From Thermomicrobiales bacterium (GTDB taxonomy: Bacteria > Chloroflexota > Chloroflexia > Thermomicrobiales > UBA6265), in assembly GCA_023957115.1 (NCBI GenBank), contig JAMLHN010000008.1:10429-74428 (forward strand): a stretch of DNA of 64,000 nt, in the 5' to 3' direction. How positions within the stretch are numbered: the first letter of the stretch is position 1; each line of letters starts with the position of its first letter. Below the pieces are notes generated by a model that worked only from the letters and a program-made list of their open reading frames with translations, made no database searches and was not told the DNA's origin. Below, one piece after another: positions 9,004 through 18,961 of this stretch. The position numbers and the translations under genes were made by a program.

Positions 9004-9107
9004 GACCCAGATTGCTTTCCCTATTTGAATTCACTGCCAGTGGGGCAGCGAAGAGCCAGGTAGATCGATCGACCTCGATCGATTCGTCTGACGAAGAAGG
9101 AGAACCC

Positions 9108-10112
9108 ATGTCGTTTTTCGAACAACGTGGCACGCGCCGAACGTTGCTGGGCTCAGCGGCGGCGGTTGTGATGGCACTCTCGATCTCACTCGGCGGCATT
9201 GCCGCCCAGGATGCCTATGAGCCGGCCGAAGGCGCCGGCGATCTTTCCGGCACCATCGTAGCGGATGGATCCTCGACCGTTGGTCCGGTCACCGAGGCGA
9301 TGGCCGAAGAGTTCGCCGCAATTGCCCCGAACGTTCAGCTCGAGGTTAGCATTTCCGGGACCGGTGGTGGTTTCGAGCGGTTCTGCAACGGCGAGACCGA
9401 TCTGCAAAACGCGTCACGCTCGATCAAGGATTCCGAAGCTGAGAACTGCGCTGCAAACGGTGTCGATTTCTATGTCTTCGAGGTTGCCTATGACGGCATC
9501 GCGATCGTCGTCAATCCTGAGAACGATTTTGTCGACTGCCTCACCATCGATCAACTGAAGCTGATGTGGCAGCCGGAGGACCCGGCGACCAGCTGGAACC
9601 AGATCGATCCGTCGTTCCCGGACGAGCCGATCACGCTGTATGGTCCGGGCACGGCTTCGGGCACGTTCGACTACTTCACCGCCGAGATCGTGGGTGAAGA
9701 AGGCTCGTCGACCACAAACTATCTTCCGAGCGAAGATGACAACCAGCTCGTCGAAGGTATCGCCGGCGATCAGCACGCGCTTGGCTACTTCGGGCTTGCC
9801 TACTACGAGCAGAGCATGGATCGGCTGAAGCTGGTGGCCGTCGATGGTGGCAACGGCTGCGTCGAGCCCACTGCCGAGACCGTTCAGGATCTCTCGTACG
9901 CTCCGCTTTCGCGGCCGCTCTTCCTGTATGTGAATGCTGAGAGCATCACCCGCCCAGAGGTACAGGAATTCCTGAAGTTCTACATCGCGTCGGCTGGCGA
10001 GATCGCTCCCGACGTTGGATACGTTGCTTCCCCGGATGAGGTCTACGTCGAAGACCAGGCGGCGCTGCAGGCGGCCATCGACGGTGATGGAACGCCGGAT
10101 TCGGCGAGTTAA
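9108..10112 (+). CDS. pstS: phosphate ABC transporter substrate-binding protein PstS
   Basis: I set the start at the ATG at 9108, preceded by GAAGGAG. The signal is Tat-like ([16 protein letters not shown]). The mature part is PstS-like ([20 protein letters not shown]). Confidence 0.88.
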   Translation: MSFFEQRGTRRTLLGSAAAVVMALSISLGGIAAQDAYEPAEGAGDLSGTIVADGSSTVGPVTEAMAEEFAAIAPNVQLEVSISGTGGGFERFCNGETDLQNASRSIKDSEAENCAANGVDFYVFEVAYDGIAIVVNPENDFVDCLTIDQLKLMWQPEDPATSWNQIDPSFPDEPITLYGPGTASGTFDYFTAEIVGEEGSSTTNYLPSEDDNQLVEGIAGDQHALGYFGLAYYEQSMDRLKLVAVDGGNGCVEPTAETVQDLSYAPLSRPLFLYVNAESITRPEVQEFLKFYIASAGEIAPDVGYVASPDEVYVEDQAALQAAIDGDGTPDSAS

Positions 10113-10130
10113 AGGTTCCAGACGGTTCAT

Positions 10131-10168
10131 GCGGGCGGCCCCGAGACGAGGGTCGCCCGCACGTTTTG
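10131..10168 (+). terminator. intercistronic hairpin or partial terminator between pstS and pstC
   Basis: GCGGGCG..(16 nt)..CGCCCGC is followed by ACGTTTTG. A stem-loop after pstS is a common arrangement that raises the PstS:permease ratio. Confidence 0.45.
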
Positions 10169-10190
10169 CCGGAGGTACGGTTTAATACCC

Positions 10191-11198
10191 ATGGCAAGTG
10201 TTGGGCGACGACCATTCATGGCGATTGATTCGACAACAGGTGGAGACAGCAGGACAGATGCTGTGCCGTTTTTTCGGCCGGGTCAGTCGTACGTCGACGC
10301 CAATTTGCTTCGCCGTCATCACTTGACGGAAAAGACGGCGGGCTACATTCTCCTGGCTTGCGCCGTTGTCTCGGTGCTGACGACGATCGGCATCGTTGTC
10401 GTCCTGTTGGCACAGGCGCTGAATTTCTTCGCAGACGTTTCCGTTGTGGAGTTCCTGACGGGAACGGAGTGGACCGCGCTCTTCCAGAATCAACAACAGT
10501 GGGGCGTCTTGCCGCTGGTGTCGGCAACATTGATGGTGACGCTGCTCTCGTTGGTGGTCGCGATTCCAATCGGGCTGATGAGCGCAATCTTTCTCAGCGA
10601 GTACGCATCTCCGAGAACGCGGGCGATTCTGAAACCGGTGCTGGAGCTGCTCGCGGGTATTCCAACCATCATCTACGGGTTCTTTGCGCTGACATTCATT
10701 ACCCCCGAGATTCTGAAACGCCTTTGGCCACAGACCAGTGTCTACAACGTACTGGCCGCCTCGATCGCGGTCGGTATCATGATCGTTCCGCTCATCGCGT
10801 CGCTTTCCGAGGATGCAATCCGGTCGGTTCCCAGCTCCATGCGGGAAGGGGCATATGCGCTTGGTGCAACCAAGCTGGAAGTCTCCACCCGTATCATCGT
10901 GCCGGCTGCGCTTTCGGGCATTGTCGCATCGTTCATTCTGGCCACATCGCGTGCGGTCGGCGAGACCATGATCGTTGCGCTTGCCGCGGGTGCGAAGGCC
11001 CAGATGGTTACCAACCCACTTGAACCGGGAGAGACGATGACCGGATACATCGTCCAAGTTGTCTCCGGCGACGCATCCCGCGGAACGTCGATCTATTACT
11101 CGCTTTTCGCGGTTGGCTTACTGCTCTTCGTCATGACACTCGCTTTGAATATCTTCAGCCATTGGTTCGTCCGTCGATTCCGGGAGGAATACGAATGA
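10191..11198 (+). CDS. pstC: phosphate ABC transporter permease PstC
   Basis: This is a multi-TM protein with the EAA-like loop SLSEDAIRSVPSSMREGAYALGATK. Its operon position fits PstC. Confidence 0.88.
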   Translation: MASVGRRPFMAIDSTTGGDSRTDAVPFFRPGQSYVDANLLRRHHLTEKTAGYILLACAVVSVLTTIGIVVVLLAQALNFFADVSVVEFLTGTEWTALFQNQQQWGVLPLVSATLMVTLLSLVVAIPIGLMSAIFLSEYASPRTRAILKPVLELLAGIPTIIYGFFALTFITPEILKRLWPQTSVYNVLAASIAVGIMIVPLIASLSEDAIRSVPSSMREGAYALGATKLEVSTRIIVPAALSGIVASFILATSRAVGETMIVALAAGAKAQMVTNPLEPGETMTGYIVQVVSGDASRGTSIYYSLFAVGLLLFVMTLALNIFSHWFVRRFREEYE

Positions 11199-12097
11199 GC
11201 GCGCCGTTCCACGCCCTCCCGGACGAATCCCTTACCGCAACGGGCAATTTGCCGCGCCGCCAGAAGATCGCGTCGATTGGACGAGGCATCTTTCTGTTGG
11301 CCACATTATTCGCCGTGGCCGCGCTGGTGGTCTTGCTCTGGTACATCTTTCAGCGTGGCTGGAACTGGTTGAGTTGGGGATTGCTTACCAATCCGCCCTC
11401 GCGCAGACCAGAACGCGCGGGATTGAGTATCGCGATCTCAGGGACCCTCTGGATCATTTCGCTTACCTTGCTGGTTGCGTTCCCAATGGGGGTCGCGGCC
11501 GCGATCTATCTCGAGGAGTATGCGCCCAAGAATCGCTGGACGCGCATCCTGCAGATCAATATCTCGAATCTGGCCGGCGTACCCTCGGTGGTGTACGGGC
11601 TCCTCGGACTTGGGATCTTCGTCGAATGGTTGAATCTGGGCCGGGTGGTGCTTGCCGGCGCGTTGACGATGGCGTTGCTGAGCCTGCCGGTGATCATCAT
11701 TGCCAGCCAGGAAGCGCTTCGCGCGATCCCGTGGTCGCTTCGTGAGGCGGCCTACGGAGTTGGTGCGACGCGCTGGCAGGTTACTGCGTCGCACGTTCTC
11801 CCTGCTGCGATCCCCGGCATTCTGACTGGGGTCATCCTCGCGGTCTCTCGCGCAATTGGCGAGACCGCTCCATTATTGGTCGCCGGGGCGGCGGGGTTCG
11901 TCACGACCAAGCCAGGCGGGTTCTTTGATTCCTACACCACTATCCCCATTCAGATCTATAACTGGATGTCCCGGCCACAAACAGAATTTCGCGATCTTGC
12001 GTCTGCCGGCATCATTGTGCTGCTGGCCCTCCTCATCTCGATGAACCTGATCGCGATCATTGTTCGGCAGCGCTTCAGCGCCAAGACTCGCTGGTAG
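11195..12097 (+). CDS. pstA: phosphate ABC transporter permease PstA
   Basis: The start ATG at 11195 overlaps the pstC stop (ATGA). The permease loop is [24 protein letters not shown]. Confidence 0.88.
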   Translation: MSAPFHALPDESLTATGNLPRRQKIASIGRGIFLLATLFAVAALVVLLWYIFQRGWNWLSWGLLTNPPSRRPERAGLSIAISGTLWIISLTLLVAFPMGVAAAIYLEEYAPKNRWTRILQINISNLAGVPSVVYGLLGLGIFVEWLNLGRVVLAGALTMALLSLPVIIIASQEALRAIPWSLREAAYGVGATRWQVTASHVLPAAIPGILTGVILAVSRAIGETAPLLVAGAAGFVTTKPGGFFDSYTTIPIQIYNWMSRPQTEFRDLASAGIIVLLALLISMNLIAIIVRQRFSAKTRW

Positions 12098-12101
12098 ATA
12101 T

Positions 12102-12923
12102 ATGACTGATCTCCTCGAACAAACAGATGCCCAGACGATGCCGGATGCGGCGTCCGAACAGGCGCCGCTGATCGATATCAGCGGACTCAACGTCTATTAC
12201 GGAAATTTTCACGCGGTCGGGGACGTTTCATTCGACATTCCCAAGAATCAGATTACTGCCCTGATCGGCCCATCTGGATGCGGCAAGAGCACGGTGCTCC
12301 GCTGCATCAACCGGATGAACGATCTCATCCCGACCGCACGCGTGGAAGGTGAAATCATCTTCCACGAGCAGAACATCCTGGCGCCCGGCATCGATCCGGT
12401 GATGGTGCGGCGGAGGATCGGGATGGTTTTTCAGAAACCGAATCCGTTTCCCAAGAGCATCTATGACAACGTCGCCTGGGGCGCCAAGGTCAACGGCATC
12501 CGCAAAGGCATGGATGACCTCGTCGAATGGTGTCTCCGGTCGGCGGCGCTTTGGGACGAGGTCAAAGACAAGCTCGACCAAAGTGGGCTGGCCCTCTCTG
12601 GCGGTCAGCAGCAACGGTTGTGCATCGCCCGCGCGTTGGCGAACAATCCGGACGTGATCCTGATGGACGAGCCTTGCTCGGCGCTCGATCCCATCTCGAC
12701 CTTGCGGATCGAAGATCTCATGCGGGAACTGGCGCGTAACTACACCATTGCCATCGTGACGCACAATATGCAGCAAGCTGCACGCGTTTCCGACCAGACT
12801 GTCTTTTTTTCACTTGGCGAGAATCGAATGGGTACGCTGGTCGAAGCAAGTCCGACCCGCGAGCTCTTCACGAATCCCCGCGACAGCCGAACCGAAGACT
12901 ACATCACCGGGCGATTTGGATAG
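12102..12923 (+). CDS. pstB: phosphate ABC transporter ATP-binding protein PstB
   Basis: Walker [10 protein letters not shown], signature LSGGQQQRL and Walker [12 protein letters not shown] are present. I chose the ATG at 12102, just after the pstA stop. Confidence 0.92.
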   Translation: MTDLLEQTDAQTMPDAASEQAPLIDISGLNVYYGNFHAVGDVSFDIPKNQITALIGPSGCGKSTVLRCINRMNDLIPTARVEGEIIFHEQNILAPGIDPVMVRRRIGMVFQKPNPFPKSIYDNVAWGAKVNGIRKGMDDLVEWCLRSAALWDEVKDKLDQSGLALSGGQQQRLCIARALANNPDVILMDEPCSALDPISTLRIEDLMRELARNYTIAIVTHNMQQAARVSDQTVFFSLGENRMGTLVEASPTRELFTNPRDSRTEDYITGRFG

Positions 12924-12954
12924 AGTCTCGGTTGTGTTGACGAAAGGGGGCCAA

Positions 12955-13617
12955 ATGACCCGCCAGGAATACACGCGAAGCCTGAGTCATCTGCGTGATC
13001 AGGTCGTTCAGTTGAGCTCGATGGTCGACAAGGCGATTGCACGGTCGACCGAAGCACTGAAAACCCAGGATGTTGTGCTTGCCGAGCAGGTCACCCAAGC
13101 CGATCAGGCGATCAACGACCTGCGGTGGAGACTGGAAGAGGAGACGCTCGCCGTTATCGCAATGCAGGCGCCGATGGCCGGCGACCTGCGCCAAATTGCC
13201 GCTGGACTCCACATCATTTCCGAGCTGGAGCGTATGGGCGACCATGCCGCGGGCAACGCCAAGATCGTGCTGTTGACCGCGAACGAGCCTCAGCTGAAGC
13301 CGCTGGTCGATATTCCGCGGATGGCGACCGTGGTGCGCGCGATGCTGACCAAGGCCATCGATGCATTCATCCGGTCGGATGACGAGCTGGCTCGTGAGAC
13401 CATGGTGATGGATGACGAGATCGACGAGCTCTACAATCAGGTCTATCGCGAATTGCTCACCTACATGATGAATGACCCGCACACGATCAACCGGGCAACG
13501 CATCTGCTTTGGGCAGCGCACAACCTCGAGCGTATGGGCGACCGTACCGAGAATATCTGTGAATTCGTCTGCTACGCGGTGACGGGCAGCATTGTCGAGG
13601 CTCACGACTTGAGCTGA
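12955..13617 (+). CDS. phoU: phosphate signalling complex protein PhoU
   Basis: It shows the two-repeat PhoU architecture (ERMGDHAAGNAK and ERMGDRTENICE). The ATG at 12955 is preceded by AAAGGGGG. Confidence 0.9.
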   Translation: MTRQEYTRSLSHLRDQVVQLSSMVDKAIARSTEALKTQDVVLAEQVTQADQAINDLRWRLEEETLAVIAMQAPMAGDLRQIAAGLHIISELERMGDHAAGNAKIVLLTANEPQLKPLVDIPRMATVVRAMLTKAIDAFIRSDDELARETMVMDDEIDELYNQVYRELLTYMMNDPHTINRATHLLWAAHNLERMGDRTENICEFVCYAVTGSIVEAHDLS

Positions 13618-14018
13618 CCGAGCATCTGGCCGACGACGCTGGCGACGTCCTCGATCTCGAGGGGAGGCTCCAGTAGGAGCTGGCCGCCAGCGGCAGCAAC
13701 AGCGGATTTGGAAATTTCTCCCGGGATGCCGGCGATAACAATCGCCGGCATGTCGCTGCGCGGCGTTCCCGGAACCGAGCGATCCGATGTGCCCCGCATT
13801 CGGCGGATCATCTCCTCGACGCTGATATCGCCCAGATCGGCGTCGACCAGCACCGCATCGAACGTTCTCAAGCGCAAGACTTCGAGAAACTGGAGACCAC
13901 CACCGATTGCGCTGGTCCAGAAACCTTCGTGGAGGAGCCCTTCGGTCAGAAAGTGGGAGAGGGAAAGATCGCTCGTGACGATGGCCAGATGTGGTCGTTC
14001 GAGTGCGGATTCAGCCAT
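13602..14018 (-). CDS. single-domain receiver-like protein (atypical CheY-like; possibly a pseudo-receiver)
   Basis: The 138-aa product has a (beta-alpha)5-like pattern: HLAIVTSDLS..FDAVLVDADLGD..PAIVIAGIPG..LLLEPP. The phospho-acceptor-like Asp is present. By eye, LEPP stands where the conserved Lys-Pro is expected. It overlaps the phoU 3' end convergently. Confidence 0.55.
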   Translation of the reverse strand: MAESALERPHLAIVTSDLSLSHFLTEGLLHEGFWTSAIGGGLQFLEVLRLRTFDAVLVDADLGDISVEEMIRRMRGTSDRSVPGTPRSDMPAIVIAGIPGEISKSAVAAAGGQLLLEPPLEIEDVASVVGQMLGQLKS

Positions 14019-14062
14019 CGTTCATCCCGGCAGAGCTCGCATCGTTGCAGGCGGTACTATTC

Positions 14063-14698
14063 ATGGGGCGCATCGCTCCGCGTGCGTCGACAGTTCTTCG
14101 TTCCCAGCAGGAGTTCACGGGGCCGGCTCGATTCATGATTCTGGATACCAATGACGATCGCGTCGAGGCGTACGTCGAACGATACATCGCCAAGCTGTCG
14201 CTTCCGACCGAAGACCTTTGGATTACAACCAATCGCAAGACGTACAACGACTGGGTGGGTCGCCGCGTCGGCGGCTCGATCGGTGGCGCATATGTGTACC
14301 ATCCTGGCCGTGGCAAGCATCTCATTCTCATCAATCTCAAACGAATCAACCTGAGTCAGCCGAAATCGCTCGAAATCGTTGTCTGTGAGGAGCTGCTGCA
14401 TATGCGGCACCGGATCGATGGAGACCGGCGGCGACACGCCAAACATGGGTACGATCGCATTGCGGTTCAGGTCAGCCAGCTTACCGGAGCGTCGATGGAC
14501 GAGGTCCGTAGTTGCATAAAGCCAACGCGGCGCCGCTCACCGAAGTACATCTACGCTTGCCCGAAATGCAAGGTGGAGATTCCGCGAAGCCGGACGGGAG
14601 TCTGGTCTTGTGGACGCTGCTCGCCGACATTCGACCGGCGGTTCCAGCTCCAGATCGTCCGGCGCTTCGATGCCGACGGCGCGGAGCTCGTTCCATGA
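14063..14698 (+). CDS. SprT-like domain protein with C-terminal zinc ribbon (degenerate metalloprotease motif)
   Basis: The product contains ..GGAYVYHPGRGKHLILINLKRI..LEIVVCEELLHMRH.., with EELLH where SprT/DUF45-type proteins have HExxH. The C-terminal ribbon is YACPKCKVEIPRSRTGVWSCGRC. The start is uncertain (alternatives 13991 and 14135). The stop overlaps the next gene's start (ATGA). Confidence 0.55.
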   Translation: MGRIAPRASTVLRSQQEFTGPARFMILDTNDDRVEAYVERYIAKLSLPTEDLWITTNRKTYNDWVGRRVGGSIGGAYVYHPGRGKHLILINLKRINLSQPKSLEIVVCEELLHMRHRIDGDRRRHAKHGYDRIAVQVSQLTGASMDEVRSCIKPTRRRSPKYIYACPKCKVEIPRSRTGVWSCGRCSPTFDRRFQLQIVRRFDADGAELVP

Positions 14699-15351
14699 CC
14701 GATCCATTCATCACTGACCGTCGTCAACTTGCGCGTATGGCCCCGCCGAAGGAATCCCGGTTTCCGCGCACCAGTCGCCGGCTCGAACGTATTCATCACG
14801 TGCTCGAGCGGCGACAGCCTGACCTGACCGTGGTGCTCGAGGACGTCCACGATCCGCACAACATTGCCGCCGTCTTGCGGAGTTGTGACGCGGTTGGAGC
14901 GATGTCGGTGCATATCACCCGTGATGACGCGACGAAACCGCATAAGAAATTCTCGCGACGGGCATCGGGGAGTGCGGCGAAATGGGTCTCGGTCGTGGAG
15001 CACGAGTCGATCGAGGCGTGTTACGCGGCGTTGCGCGACGACGGGTTCGAAATCGTTGCCACCGGTGGGGGACCAACGGCAATCGAAATGTCCGAAATCG
15101 ATCTGACGAACCCGGTCGCGATCGTGCTCGGGAATGAAATGCGTGGATTGACGGAGGCCGCGCTGACCCAGGCCGATCGGATTGCGACCATCCCGATGGT
15201 CGGCATGATCCGGAGTCTCAACATCTCGGTTGCGTGTGCCATCGTGCTCTACGAGTCCTTTCGCCAGCGGATCGCGGCCGGCTTCTACGATGCGCCCCGC
15301 CTGCCCGCGGAGATGCTCGCGGCGCTGGCAGACGAATGGGAAGAGCGCTGA
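14695..15351 (+). CDS. SpoU/TrmH-family RNA 2'-O-methyltransferase
   Basis: SPOUT motifs are present: LEDVHDPHNIAAVLRSCDAVGA, LGNEMRGL and IPMVGMIRSLNISVACAIVLYE. The ATG at 14695 overlaps the upstream stop. Confidence 0.85.
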   Translation: MTDPFITDRRQLARMAPPKESRFPRTSRRLERIHHVLERRQPDLTVVLEDVHDPHNIAAVLRSCDAVGAMSVHITRDDATKPHKKFSRRASGSAAKWVSVVEHESIEACYAALRDDGFEIVATGGGPTAIEMSEIDLTNPVAIVLGNEMRGLTEAALTQADRIATIPMVGMIRSLNISVACAIVLYESFRQRIAAGFYDAPRLPAEMLAALADEWEER

Positions 15352-15457
15352 CCGGCATTGGACGCGGCTCGTGTTCGAGGAACGGCCGTGGGCGCGATAT
15401 CCGGAGTCGGCGAATCGCGCCACCAATAATCACCCCGGACCCTGGACCCTCGACTCG

Positions 15458-15934
15458 CTACTCAGTCCAGTGCTCGGGGCCATCCGACGACGGCGAGTCG
15501 GTTGTCACGTGATCTTCGAAGAACTTGACCGCAGAGAGCACGATGACCGCGGCGGCGGTGGCGAAGAATGCCAGCGCGTAGAATCCGGCGCCACAGAGCA
15601 TGCCGATCGACGCGGTCGTCCAGAGTCCAGCCGCGGTCGTTAGCCCGTTGACCTTGGCAGCCGTGCCAAAAATCACCCCACCGGCAAGGAATCCAATACC
15701 CTGCACGACGGTCGAGGCAACTCGCGTTGGATCCGCCGAGCTGAAGCCTGCGTTGTGGGCTTCGGTACCGATGAGGATACCTGCCAGCGTAAAAAGGGCA
15801 GCGCCTTCAGCGGCAAGGGCATGCGTCCGCAATCCGGCGGAATGTGAGCGAACCTCTCGATCGAGACCGATCAGACCACCGCACACCAGAGCGGCGACCA
15901 CGCGGATCATCATTTCCTGATTATCCGGGTCCAA
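15458..15934 (-). CDS. mgtC: MgtC/SapB family membrane protein
   Basis: The N-terminus reads RVVAALVCGGLIGLDRE..AGLRTHALAA, and the 158-aa product has 4-5 TM segments. Confidence 0.8.
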   Translation of the reverse strand: MDPDNQEMMIRVVAALVCGGLIGLDREVRSHSAGLRTHALAAEGAALFTLAGILIGTEAHNAGFSSADPTRVASTVVQGIGFLAGGVIFGTAAKVNGLTTAAGLWTTASIGMLCGAGFYALAFFATAAAVIVLSAVKFFEDHVTTDSPSSDGPEHWTE

Positions 15935-16015
15935 CTTAACGCCACCGCCAATCGCGCAGGAATTGAAACGGCCGCACCCGGTTCTATGGGTGCGGCAATG
16001 AACACGTGCAGCAGG

Positions 16016-16564
16016 CTAGAACTGGAAGGTCGTCTCGTCGCTTTCGTCTGGTCGAACATAACGTGCCTTCACGCTTTGTCCGGAGTCGAGCGTATCGATC
16101 AGCTGATCGAGCGTGGCCATATTCTTGACCCGTTTTCCTGCGACTGACGTGATGACGTCGCCACGTCGAATGCCGGCTTTGTCGGCGACGCTTCCGACTT
16201 TGACTTCGCCGACAAAGATGCCGCGGGTCCCGTCCGGATAGGTCGCCGCGATCTCGGGATGATTCCCAAAGTAGCTTTCGGTATCGGCCGCCAGCAAACC
16301 AAGGGGAGCGCGCTTGGGCTTGCCATAGCGGTCGACGATACGGGCAAGGCGCGGCTGGTCGAACCCGACGATGACGTCATTGTCCGCGGCGATGACCGGC
16401 ACACCCTGTTGGCCAGAGCGCTGAATCATCTCCATGGCGGCGTCGTAGTCGCTATCGACGCGCTTCTCCTCGAAGGGTACGCCGGCCTTGCCGAGATAAT
16501 CCTTGACCCGATCGCACCAGGGACAGGTCGAGGTGGTGTAGACAGTAACTCCGGTTGCGCTCAT
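16016..16564 (-). CDS. glutaredoxin-like domain fused to a PDZ domain
   Basis: The N-terminal part is VTVYTTSTCPWCDRVKDYL..GVPVI (CPxC thioredoxin fold). The C-terminal part is GIFVGEVKVGSVADKAGIRRGDVITSVAGKRV (PDZ). Confidence 0.75.
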   Translation of the reverse strand: MSATGVTVYTTSTCPWCDRVKDYLGKAGVPFEEKRVDSDYDAAMEMIQRSGQQGVPVIAADNDVIVGFDQPRLARIVDRYGKPKRAPLGLLAADTESYFGNHPEIAATYPDGTRGIFVGEVKVGSVADKAGIRRGDVITSVAGKRVKNMATLDQLIDTLDSGQSVKARYVRPDESDETTFQF

Positions 16565-16646
16565 AGTGGCCTTTCAGTGGGAAAACCTATCGTCATAATG
16601 TCGAAAGTGTACGACGCTGGCGCTCGAATTACTACCTTACCATTCG

Positions 16647-17997
16647 TTAGTTGAGGTCGAATGGCAGCCCTTGCAATCCTTTCGGCAATCGTCCCTTTTT
16701 CGTCATCGATCCCATCTGAGACATCATCTTGCGCATCTCCTCAAATTGCTTGATCAACTGGGAGACTTCTTCGCGCGAGGTGCCGCTTCCGCGGGCGATA
16801 CGCCGGCGACGGCGCCCATCGATGATCTGTGGACGCCGTCGTTCCTCCAGGGTCATCGAATGAATGATGGCTTCGATTCGCTTGTAGTCGTCATCTGAAA
16901 TCTCCGCTTTTGCCTGGCGGAGCTGCGCCCCCATCCCGGGGATCATCTCCAGCAGTTGGTTGAGTGGACCCATCTTCTTGATCTTCTGCAACTGATCGAG
17001 AAAATCTTCGAGATTGAACTGGCCCTTGGTCAGTCGCGCCTGGAGGTCCTTGGCATCTTCCTCGTTCGTCTGCTCGCTGGCCCGTTCGATGAGCGAGAGG
17101 ACGTCTCCCATCCCCAAGATGCGACTGGCAAGCCGTTGCGGATAGAACGGCTCGATCGCGTCCATCTTTTCGCCGACACCGATGAATTTGATGGGAACCC
17201 CGGTGACGGCGCGGATCGAAAGCGCCGCGCCACCACGTGCGTCACCGTCCATCTTTGTCAGAATGAGCCCGCTGATGCCGAGCTTTTCGTTGAACGCCTC
17301 GGCGACGTTGACCGCTTCCTGACCGGTCATGGCGTCGGCGACCAGCAGGATCTCGGTCGGATGAACTGTCTGCTCGATCTGGGCGACCTCATTCATCATC
17401 CGCTCGTCGATCTGCAAACGACCGGCGGTATCGACGATGACGGTGTTGAATCCGCGTTCCCGCGCGTACTGGATCGCGTTCTGCGCGATCTGGACCAGGT
17501 TGCGTCCGTTCCTTCCTCGTAGACCGGAATGTCGATTTGCCGGCCAAGCGTTTGCAGTTGTTTGATTGCGGCGGAGCCCGATAGACGTCAGCAGCCACGA
17601 GCAACGGTAGGCGACCCTCCTTGCGAAGGATAGTGGCCAGTTTTGCGGCATGCGTGGTCTTACCGGACCCCTGCAACCCGACCAGCATGATGATCTGCGG
17701 CGGACGCTCGGGCATGGCGAGGGGTTCGCGCTCGGTGCCCAGAACGCTGATGAGCTCTTCATTGACGATCGAAATGACGGTCTGGCCCGGGGTCAAGGAC
17801 TTGAGGACGTCCTGTCCGACGGCACGCTCGCGTACGGCGGCAATGAAGTCCTTGGCAACCTTGAAGTTGACGTCGGCTTCCAGCAAGGCGCGACGGACTT
17901 CACGCATGGCCTCGTCGACATCTTGCTCGGTCAGGTGGCCCTTGCGCGAGAGCTTGCCCAGCGACTGCGTGAGGCGATCGGAAAGTGTCTCGAACAT
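16647..17997 (-). pseudogene. ffh: signal recognition particle protein Ffh, interrupted by two frameshifts (assembly error suspected)
   Basis: Frame 1 reads MFETLSDRLTQS..GLQGSGKTT..LLVAADVYR. A middle frame reads SAAIKQLQTLGRQIDIPVYEEGTDA (about 17503-17575). Frame 3 reads [45 protein letters not shown]-domain, to the stop at 16647. The track shows it as two ORFs (17389..17997 and 16647..17762). Confidence 0.9.
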
Positions 17998-18000
17998 CGA

Positions 18001-18961
18001 CTACCCCTCGTCGGCGCTGAAGAAGAGCGCATCGACATACGTTTCTGGATGGAATTCGGCGAGATCGGTGGCCTTCTCTCCTGTACCGATATATGAGATC
18101 GGGACACCCAGCTCCTTCGACACCGAGAAGGCGATGCCGCCTTTCGCAGTGCCGTCCAGCTTGGCGATCACTGTCGGTGATCTCGACCGACTCGGCAAAC
18201 TTCTGAGCCTGCAGCAATCCGTTCTGGCCGGTCGTCGCGTCGATGACCAGCAAAACCTCCTGCGGAGCTTCCTCGACATGCTTCTGCATGATCTTACGCA
18301 GCTTCTTGAGCTCTTCCATGAGATTGAACTTGGTGTGCAGCCGCCCGGCTGTGTCGACGATCAGGACATCCCGATCGCGCGCATAGGCGGCTTGCATGGC
18401 GTCATAGACGACCGCTCCCGGATCGGCGCCCGGTTCATGGGCGACCACCGGGACGCCCAACCGGTCTCCCCAGATTTTGAGCTGATCGATGGCGGCGGCA
18501 CGGAACGTGTCGCCAGCCGCGAGCAGGACCGACCGGCCGAATCCCTGATGATAGGCCGCGAGCTTGGCGATCGATGTGGTTTTCCCAACCCCATTGACGC
18601 CCACAACCATGATGACGTAGGGCACCCCCCGCTGCAGGATCTTCACCTGGCGGTGCCGGGTGGCTTCTTCGAGAAGCTCGACCATGTCCCAACGCAGGAT
18701 CTCCCGAGCGTAGGCAGGATCGATGATGCGCCCTTCGGCCACCTTGCGTCGCATGCTCTCGATCAATTGCTGGGTGACATCCCAGCCGACATCGGCCTGG
18801 ATGAGCAACATTTCGAGATCCTCATAGAGGTCCTCGTCGATCGTGGCTCGGTCGAACAGTCGCGAGATCTCGCTGAAGACGCCTTTGCGGGTCTTTTCGA
18901 GCGCTTGCTCGAGTTGGGGATCGGGATCGGCTCGCCGTTTGAAAAGTCGGCCGAGTACCAA
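18001..18961 (-). pseudogene. ftsY: SRP receptor FtsY, interrupted by one frameshift (assembly error suspected)
   Basis: The product reads ..[51 protein letters not shown]. One extra nt near 18170-18178 is followed by [25 protein letters not shown] propose the TTG start at 18961 (AGGAG 8 nt upstream); an alternative ATG is at 19003. The stop lies 3 nt before the ffh start. Confidence 0.88.

Noticed and set aside
15935-16015. A possible Mg2+ (M-box) riboswitch upstream of mgtC.
   Set aside because: Only about 80 nt are available. They are largely occupied by a hairpin (GCCGCACCC..GGGTGCGGC) that more plausibly terminates the upstream Grx-PDZ gene. M-box elements are about twice this length.
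17480-17600. Programmed ribosomal frameshifting as the explanation for the split ffh. The same question applies to ftsY, DUF2085 and NERD.
   Set aside because: There are no X_XXY_YYZ slippery heptamers, no RF2/dnaX-like signals and no downstream pseudoknot-like structure at any junction. The shifts are of mixed sign across genes, and two lie at short homopolymers. Sequence error is far more likely.
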